NCBI RefSeq assembly: GCF_009914755.1
Contig: NC_060930.1
Length of the DNA stretch: 64,000 nucleotides
Direction: 5' to 3' (one strand)
Source: the human T2T-CHM13v2.0 reference genome, Homo sapiens
How positions within the stretch are numbered: the first letter of the stretch is position 1; each line of letters starts with the position of its first letter. Position numbers and translations under genes: made by a program. Positions 53,564 through 64,000 of the stretch are shown here, piece after piece. The notes beneath the pieces are model-generated. The model worked only from the letters and a program-made list of their open reading frames with translations. It was not told the origin of the DNA and did not search any database.

Positions 53564-55219
53564 AAGAGTCCTTACTCTCTGATATTATGGATGAATGGGG
53601 TCACAGTGCTTTGCTCTGATTACTAAGACTCTACATTCACAAGTAGTTTGTAGACCTAGAACCTAGATTTAGACTTATGGATGTTTCAACAAGTGAAAAC
53701 TTATGAATTGTGATGGCTTAAATGGATCCTAAGTGCATTACTGACTTAACTCTCTCAAAAATAAAAGCCTCTATTTAAACAACACAGAAAAAAAAAGTTG
53801 TGATAGCATAAATCAGTGCCTGGCACACAGTCGGTATTCAATAAATCTTTGCTGAATGTTAGAATGTACAAATGTTACTTAAGATTTAGGGGAAACTTAT
53901 CACGAGATTAGGCCTATTTTGGCCTAATCAGTTTCTCCTAATGAGCTTCCTGAGGAGTTATGCATATAAAAAACAAGGAAAAGTGAAAAATAAAAATACA
54001 TATTATTTGCAAGAGATCCCAATAGAGGCCTCTCTGGTAAGTTGAACTGGAACCCTTGTTGTAGGTTCCAGCTCACCATGTTCATGACACCGCTGAGTCC
54101 TAGTTTTCCTACAAGCTAACTCCAGCACCTGAAGAGATGAGTTCTCCGGAGCTCGGAAAGCTAGTCTTACAATAAGAAACAGAGAAAACAAGACAGCTGG
54201 GCCTACACTTTTGACACAGTGACCTGCCAGACAAATGGCATGGCCTAAACGGTGCCCTTCAGCTCAACAATCAGATTTGCAACTCCTCCTTTCTGGGACC
54301 TGAGGGTTCCGGGGATAACAATGGCCTCCATAGGGAGAAAACTAAAATGGAAATCAAGACTAGGTAGTCATGATCTGTAAACGACAAATTTGAAAACTTC
54401 AAGAATGAAAACAAATGCAATTTTGAAAATGTGGGTGTGTATGGTAATTACCATTACTAAACATAAACCCTGCAGATCAAGTTTTATGCAACCTATTTAA
54501 AATTTAATCAAATTGAGCCTCATGGTAGTTGAGCCTCATGGTAGTTAAGCCACTTGCTGGGGCCCAACGGTAAGCAAGTGGAGGAGCAGATATTTGAGCC
54601 CAAGACTGTGTTCCTTCTTCTCTGCTACACTGCAGATGGGCACATTTCTGTGAATTGAAGTAATAGCAGAACACTTTTATGAATGTTAGTATTGTGAAAG
54701 TACTAATGGAATTTTCCAAATAAGAAATTGCTTATTACATTTTGTGTTATCCATTGCTGTTGTGAATATAAATTGCATTAATTATACTTATGAAAACATA
54801 AATAATGAATAGTAGAAGCTACAGCAAGAAGCAAGCATTCATAATTTAAGAATTCCTCCAAGCCTATGGAAAGGAAAATAACTGTTTGGCTTGTGGTCTC
54901 ATTTCTCAGTTTGCCAACCCTGAACTTTGTAGAGACTTCTTCACATTACAATCAATATAAATCCATAAAATCTGGCTTATTAACTTCTTTCCCAATATGG
55001 TTCACCTTTTAAGTCTCTGTTTCTGTGTTTGTCACTCCACGCTCGCAATGACCCAAGCAGCCCTAGAACCTTCGTCATAGTTCTCCTTTCCACTGATACT
55101 CAGTTGTCTAATCCCACCAACCCTAATGCAGCAAAGATTTACTTCTGGGTCCCATACATTTGTTCCCTACTACTTTCCTTCTGCTTCTGCTCTAATTCAC
55201 AAACGTTTATTACTTCTTG

Positions 55220-55750
55220 CATTAGCATGAATGCTTTCTGCTGCACATATCATAAAACCTCAACTCATATTGACACAGACAATAAGAATATTCATTATCT
55301 CATATAACAAGATGTCTGAAGGGAAGGCAGTTCCAGGTTTGTTTAAATCATAATCAAGGAATCAGGTTCCTTGAATATTGGCTTTGTCCACAGACTAGCT
55401 CCTCCTATCATAGCAAAATTTTGGTGGCATGGTAGTTCCAAGTGTCACATGGAGACGACTTCCAGCAGAAGAAAAGATCGTCTCTTTTTTTGTTTCCCTT
55501 TTTCAAAAGGAGAAGACACTTCCGAGAAGGCACCTAAAGGACTTCTTTCACATCTCATTGTCTAGAAATAGACCCTAAGGGCTCATCCTAGAGTGGATTC
55601 CTCCTCTGGGCAGGGGATGGTGCCTCCTCTTCTGAAGGTTATAGCTAGGAGGAGATGGGGGTACCATGCACTAAAACCAGGATTCAGTTAGAAGATGGAA
55701 GGAAGGAAGAACAGAATGGATGGTGGATGGTTGACCAGTGATGTCTTCTA
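55220..55750 (-). mobile_element. Old MLT1 (J/K-like) LTR relic
   Basis: TTCATTATCTCATATAACAAGA..., ACATCTCATTGTCTAGAA, AAAACCAGGATTCAGTTAG motifs; approximate. Confidence 0.55.
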
Positions 55751-56647
55751 TATCCATCTCTTGCCTGGGCTGTCATGGTAGACTCCCAACTATGTCCTAG
55801 CCACTAGAGTCTCCTTATGCTAATTTGTGGCACAGACCCTATCGAGATCAATCTTTATAAAGTATAGCATTGTCACAGAACTCAATGCCAACTTCTCAAT
55901 CTGGCCTCCAAGGCTTTCTACAATTTACCGCAAACTTCCCTACTCCTGGTGTTATCCCATGCAAGATACTTTCTCTTGAGGGTGCCTTCTCTTTACTACC
56001 CACCCTTGCCATATCTCATGAATTTACCTCTATCCTGTCATCAAAGTAATATTCCTAAAAGCAAAAATCTGAACTGCACTGTTGTACTTAACTTCTTATA
56101 GGATGCGTTTAAATTCCTGAGCATGGTATACATAGCCTTTTAAAAATTAGTCCCCACATGTCTCTCAAGGTAATTTTTCTATTAAACTTCATTTTCTCCT
56201 CACCCTACCCCAACTCCAACCACAAAGAAAGGTCTCACCCTTCCCAAACACAGCACTGTCTTTATGTCTTCATGCCTTGTCATATGTTATGCTCACTGCC
56301 TGGAATGTATTTCTCATCTTTTTTCCATCTGGTAAAATTCCATTCATTATTCAAAGCCCAGATAAAAGCTCATTTCCTTCATAAATGCTTTCCCAATTCC
56401 CCAGACAGAACTAATTTCTTCCTCCCCGATGCTTCCAAAGAGTTCTATTACACCCGTCAACACATTGTATAGTAATGATTTGTTTATATCCATGTCCTCT
56501 ATCAATATATTTTTCTATGAGACTTTTTTATTGTTTTAATTATGTTAATTTTTCCCCCAGTTGCTGGCACAGGGCAAATCCTCAGTGAAAGATTGAGGAT
56601 AATTTATTTAGAATGACCCTTTTGTTTAAATTCTACCCATACCTCAT

Positions 56648-56851
56648 GGCCAGGCGCGGTGGCTCACACCTGTAATCCCAGCACTTTGGGAGGCCGAGGC
56701 AGGTAGATCACAAGGTCAGGAGATCAAGATCATTCTGGCCAACATGGTGAAACCCCACCTCTACTAAAATACAAAAAGTTAGCCAGGCGTGGTGGTGCAT
56801 GCCTATAGTCCCAGCTACTTGGGAGACCGAAGCAGGGGAATTACTTGAACC
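56648..56851 (+). mobile_element. 3'-truncated Alu (AluSc-like)
   Basis: Intact 5' end; stops abruptly at TTACTTGAACC with no tail or TSD. Confidence 0.9.
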
Positions 56852-57783
56852 TATTATTTGGGGATTCCTAACAGGACATCAGAATAATAGTAGGAAATCA
56901 GAAAAACAGTTAAGCCAATACTATGCCAAATGTTTCTCAAACATCTAAGGTATATGTGTGTGTGTGGCAGGGTGTTGTATGTATTTTGTGGTCAGCTTTA
57001 GAAATTCTATAAGAATTTTTAAATTTTACTATTTTATATAGACAATAATTTTTTAAAATACACAAACATTCTTGGTCACATATATATAAATAAATAAATA
57101 TATATATATATTTTTTTTTTTTACTGATACCTATGACAAGATTCCTTTCTCTCAATGACATTGCATTTGTGATCTTGTTGATGCCAGGAGATATGCTCCA
57201 TAGACTTCCCTCAAGTTTAAAGATAAACAGGAGCTAGCAATGGATATTTTTGTTTCAGGGGGGTTTAAAGATTTTATTTCTTTTCAAAACCAGTATTAGG
57301 CCTAAATGCCACAAGACCAGTTGCATTTTATTAATATAAGTGGTAAGATTATAATCACAAGTGATTATATCTAACATCAAACAATAAATGGACTTGGTTG
57401 ATTTAGTGAAAAAATCAACCAACAATAGTTCAAGTTTGAGAAACTCTGAAACCTTGCACTTCCCAGAAACCAGTGGTTCCCAAGTGTCTATCATTAACAT
57501 ACTGCATGCCCAGAATGAACTGTATCTGTGTGCCAAATACCGTATATCATGCCTTATACTGTAGTAAACTTAATACTTGTGATAAACCAATCCAAAATTA
57601 AATGCCAACATCATTTGTCATAAATAAGAGGTAATTATTTTAAAAAACTAAAAGCATAACGAGGTGATTCTAATTCCAGCTGGAATGTAGGAAAGCCTTG
57701 GTGCCTGAGGCCTAATCGCTCTTTTTTTTTTTAAGTGAGATTGACAAATGTTAAAGAAAATGAAAAAAAAAAAAGTTAGCACT

Positions 57784-58143
<360 letters not shown>

Positions 58144-58234
58144 TTATTTACTATTAACCATTGTTATTACATTCCTTAAAAAAATCACCTTTATACCATG
58201 GATGGCACCAGACTACATTTAAGAATTACAACCA

Positions 58235-58546
<312 letters not shown>

Positions 58547-61101
58547 TTACAACCATAATCAAAACAATCAACTTGTGGACTAAAATTAACATTTTAAGTC
58601 GGTGTTCTGATTTATGATCATGTGTTTTGAATTGTGACATGTTTCACTAAAGACAATAATACTTCATCATTTTTAAAGGAATTATAATATCTGACTAAGT
58701 AGGTAACATTCAGAAGCTAAAATATGAACTCAACATTATGAGAAAAGTTACATTTAAAGAAACTTTTGAAGAAAGAACAATGAAAAACGTAGGTGGATTT
58801 AGAAGATCTCCCCATTTCAATTTACATTTTAAGACTATTTCTTTCATTACTGGGCACTTAATGGCTTACCAACTAGAGCCCTACTTCTGAAAGATAAGTA
58901 CAAAAAAATTAAATAATGCCTTTTAATCTCCTTTATTTCCACCAGAATCTATAAAAAATTCAAAGATGATTATTTGAAGATATCTTTGGGGAGTATATTT
59001 TCATGCGTCAGCCTACATTTTAATCATTCTGAGATTTTTTTTAGTTCAAACATTCACCTCCAAAGAATTCTTTCTTTCCTTCCTCCTTCCTTCCTTCCTT
59101 TCTTTCTTTCTTTCTTTTTAAAAGAGAATATTCAAAGCAGCAGCAGCAATTAACTATGAAATTCTGGGAACAGAGACCTCCCCAGAGACTTCACTCAGCA
59201 TCCAGGTGGGCTAGAAGAAGGTAGCACTAGGTGCTCAGGACAGCGTGGTTAGGGCTTCATGGCTGTGGACACTGAGGTGGCAGAGCATGGTTTACCTGGT
59301 GGAGGCAGACAGTAGGGACAGGTCTCTACCACTGCTAACTTATGCCACAGAGTGACCCAGGCAATCAGAATTTCAACTTGCAGGGAGAGAATTAAGAATA
59401 ATAGAGATCCTTTCTTCATTTAACCAAGTTGCTGTGTCTTTTTAACTGGCAACTTTGGGCCAACCTATGCTCTAGACTAGGGAATAGTAGATGACTCGTA
59501 GGTGCCCAAACCATTTTGTTACTTAGTACTCAGTTAAGGACTCAGTAGGATGGCTCAGCCTTAGAGGGGCCAGGAAAGAAAACAACACATATCCAATGGA
59601 GTAAGTTAAGTTCTTAGGGATCAGATGCAGATGCAGGCAATGGGAGAAGACCAGCTAACGTCCTGAAGGTTGGAGATAGTCAGGAGAGGAAGGCATAGGC
59701 AGCCAGTAGACGACAGCAGGACCAGCAAAGTTCCAGCATTACAGCAGGTGATTGGAGCAAAACAATGGAAAATCTAAGCTCTTGCAAGCAGGTGGACAGG
59801 TCAGAGACAACCATGAGCAGGGAACAAGGTCAATGCTACAAAGCGGGGTTTCTGGGTCAGGAATTGAGTATACAAGGGACAAGTGACCTATGTGTGTCTA
59901 GGAATGGTGGTTAGAGCAGGGTAAAGCTCAGGTCTGGGAGGAAGTGAGTGCTGGGGGGGTTATCAAGGCAGTCTCAGGTATGAGAAAACAAGACAGAAAC
60001 CCGCAGAAGAGGTACAAGGGTAGAACTCTTTCGTTTAAAGAGAAAAGAGGCAAAAACCATTTATCAGAACTGGAGCAGGACTAGCAGTAAATGGAAGGCA
60101 GTGGAAAAATAAAGCCATTTTCTAAATGATCTGAATTTCTGATTTTTGTTTCCTTTTCTGTTTATATACTTGATTTTTCTCTTTCATACTAAAGGCTTTC
60201 TTGAAATGTCTGATAATCCCTGGCTATTAATTAACATTTAAGAACAATACACTAAAAAAGCTCTGTGTAAACATGAGCTTATTAACTGATGAAACTAGTA
60301 GAATAATTGGATGGGAGTCAGAGACTTTGAATGAAACTCTCAAACAGTAGGATGCGGAAATCAATGTCTCCTTAGATGGCATTTATTTTCTTCAAACAGG
60401 AATCCTCTGTCTTCTGCCTAAGAAGTAAATGTCTGGAACATAAAAATAGAGTGGAGGAGGGAGGAGGCTCCTACCATTCAATATGCAGACTCTTTCAATC
60501 CTTCCATGATCAGCCCAGTATTTCATCCCATCTTTCTGGTGCCTCCATGTCTGAAGTCCTCCTATTTAATGCTGCTTGAAAATAAACCTCAGATTTTTTG
60601 CCTGTGATGGGGTGTAAGTTAATCCCAGGTTATATGTAAGTACAAAAAGAGGCTTAAGGGTCCAGTCACTAAATAGCATGACTTACAACCAATTCCTTTG
60701 TTTTAAGTTCTTGTCCTCTGCAGAACCTGGTGTCTCTGATGTTAGACATGTTAAGAGTTCCATGATAGGAATAAGCTCACTTTTCATTAATACTCAACTT
60801 TAGAGGCCATATAAGTTATAGCCCCCTACTCTCTGTTGAGTCAGTTACCACTTCATCCTCTTTCCATCTCACAAAAAGGTTGAGATCTTAAGTTTCCTGA
60901 TTTTTCTTCTCCTGGGTTTATTTTTATTTATTTTTTTAATGTTCGAGACTTTTTAGTTTAGTTTTTTTTAATTAGCATATTATGATATTGCTGAGAAAGA
61001 TTCAAGGAGTCATCTTTAAGGAAAAATTCCTGTAAGTTACTATTGACAACATGAAAAATGTGGTGCATATTTGATACTTAGAATGTCAAAGGTAGCCTTC
61101 T

Positions 61102-61426
<325 letters not shown>

Positions 61427-62160
61427 TCAAAGGTATCAAAGGTAGCCTTCCAAAGGTAGCCTTCATATATAGATAAATTATTGTAACAGGTCTTGATGGA
61501 AAGAAAGGAGAGTGACTCATAATTATCCTGATGGCTTACAGAGAACAAGAAAGATAGTACCCTGGAGTCTAGTTAGTGGTCTTAATTTAACTCTCCATTT
61601 GGGGGTGAATGGGACTGGGCTTGCTAAGCAGAGCTGACTCAGTTGTTTCTCAGATTAGTTTTACCCAAATTACCAATCTATCTCACCTCTAGTTGATATA
61701 TTCCATTTCTTACTTTTGAAATCATGTATTCTCTCCCCTCCAAAGCAATTTACCCATCATCTGCTAATTATCCATGCTTATGGTGAACATTGCTCTCACA
61801 ATAAGATGAATTGTCTATCTGGCTCATTTGTTGATGAATGATTCCCAAATGCAGCTGGTGCCAGGTGCCTGGCAGGCTTTGTGTGAATAACTTAGGAGGT
61901 TTGTTTAAAAAAATAATGGATTTGCAGATCCCACCATCACACCTTGAGGAACTGATTCAACAGGTGGATTAAGGAGGGACTGATGAAGGTAATTCTGAGT
62001 TATTATTGTAGACCAGTCATTACAGTTATTTGTTTATTCTATATCTATCCATATCTATTTGCTTACATGTATATTGGCCACTTGTAGATAACTAGTACAT
62101 GAAGCATATGAAGATGCAAAGATGAATAGACAGTCTTGGCCTTTGAAAAATTAAAATTTA

Positions 62161-62469
<309 letters not shown>

Positions 62470-63138
62470 GAAAAATTAAAATGTAGTAGATGATATAGAC
62501 ATAGAAAGAATTCTAATTAAAGTCAATAGTGTAACTATAAAGACAATGTGAATTATCTAAAGTGTAGAAATTCAGAAGGGTCAGAAATGGCTTATAGAAT
62601 CAGGGAAGGTCTTATGAGGATGTAGCCACTAAGTTGGGTTATGAAGAATGAGTGAGATTTCCAAGGGCAGGAATGGAGAGCATTTGAGTAGGTTTTCAGG
62701 CATTTGCCTAAAATATCCAAAATCAAAATTGAGGTATACTAGATTCACTTTAATTTTGATATATTTTGTGTTAAGCATAAATAAATATTCTAAGTTAAAT
62801 ATCTAAGTTTGTTGATAGGGGCACAATGAAATATTTTCAACGGGCTTAATTAACACTAATAATTGTTATCACATATTTACTAAGTACCTGCTGCGTATTG
62901 ATATTTAACAGGTATTGGGCAAAATATAACAATAACATAAAACTCATCTACCTTGAAGAAGCTAAAAAAATAAAATGTGGAAATGTTAAGATAAAAAATA
63001 CTCAATATTTCTTAACAGATATATTGATAATGGTCCATATTCTTTCAACTTGATTTACCTCCCTACTAATTAATGTATGGTTTGAGTCTTTTTATAGGTC
63101 ACTTTTTGGGAAAAAATAATGTTTTGTTTCTATTTTAA

Positions 63139-63172
63139 ACACTTAATCTTAGCCAAAAGGCCAAGAAGCAAT
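63139..63172 (-). pseudogene. RNU2: U2 snRNA 5' fragment (nt 1-34), tailless retropseudogene
   Basis: Minus strand ATTGCTTCTTGGCCTTTTGGCTAAGATTAAGTGT vs U2 ATCGCTTCTCGGCCTTTTGGCTAAGATCAAGTGT (3 C>T); 13-bp TSD TGTTTCTATTTTA at 63125-63137 and 63174-63186. Confidence 0.9.
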
Positions 63173-64000
63173 GTGTTTCTATTTTAGTATCATCAATCAG
63201 CAGTACTTCCTCATGTAATAATGGGGAAACAGTTTATTTCTCCTTTCCTTATTCTATTTATAGCTGAAAATAATATTTAAACTTACTTTTTCTTCCCAAA
63301 TGTTCCATTTTATCTCTTGTGTTGCTTTTTCAACTTTATGTTAATATGCCTTTGCTGTTTCTTGGTAATCTTCATTTTCCTGTTTCAAATATAATGTGCT
63401 CTTCATATTCGTCTCAAGCTCTTCTTTCAGTTAAAGTACAAAATCAGGTTGGAATTTTTCCAGAATATTTTCAAGAAAAATGTTAATAATAGCCATACGC
63501 TGCACTCTGTATATTGTCTTTAAAATGATTAAAACTGTTATAAAGCACCTATTTGTGCTCAGTGGTATATAAAAAGATGGAAATTATTGCTACTCTCTGG
63601 GGAATCTAATATTGAGGAAGATCAATCAGTAAAGGACATAAGTTGCAAGCAGCAGATACAAATACATAAAGAAACAAGGTGACATAGAAGATAAACTCTA
63701 GACACTAATAAAGAGATCATGTTATGATCATCTTCTTCTTCTTTCCCTTTGCCTCTGAGCCACAACATGTCCTTCTTTTCTCTACATTCTGCCCTCTTTG
63801 TTCTTCCCATTTCTTTCTTTTCTTTTCTCCAATTTCTTAGTTTAATGGAAGAAGAGCTCCTCAGCCCTTTTCTGGTCTCACAAAAAGCATTTATTTCTCT
63901 CTTGGGATGGTTCTTGCCCAGTGACACTAAGGATGAAGAGCCCTCCTTGCTCCTGAACGGCCGCACTGGATATGCCTGGTCAGTCTCACTCTCAGTTGGC

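Noticed and set aside
53906-53929. Perfect 9-bp inverted repeat GATTAGGCC-N6-GGCCTAATC
   Set aside because: A few such hairpins are expected by chance in 64 kb; no supporting context
54513-54546. 16-bp tandem duplication TTGAGCCTCATGGTAG
   Set aside because: Ordinary slippage inside a MIR relic

Overview
Primate (human-like) non-coding, repeat-rich DNA with no recognisable intact protein-coding exon. The main feature is a 4.6-kb, two-LTR betaretrovirus-like provirus (HERV-K14/HML-1-like, LTR14A-like LTRs, minus strand, 9054-13669, 6-bp TSD AGTGGT). It has captured a spliced FAM8A1 mRNA in place of most of gag, and the Gag matrix frame runs in frame into the FAM8A1 start codon. It also has an in-frame RT-to-integrase deletion and a class I (MER41-like) PPT/U3 segment where env should be. 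Other notable items: a MER41B ERV transcript that was retroposed by L1 machinery (poly(A), 16-bp TSD, no U5); a piggyBac MER75 MITE that keeps the PGBD4-type N-terminus; an L1PB with a twin-priming inversion; a CpG-rich solo LTR12; a tailless U2 retrocopy; a candidate CTCF core+upstream site; and about 18 Alus plus many MIR/L2/L1M/MaLR relics. Subfamily names come from recalled consensus sequences, not from a database search.
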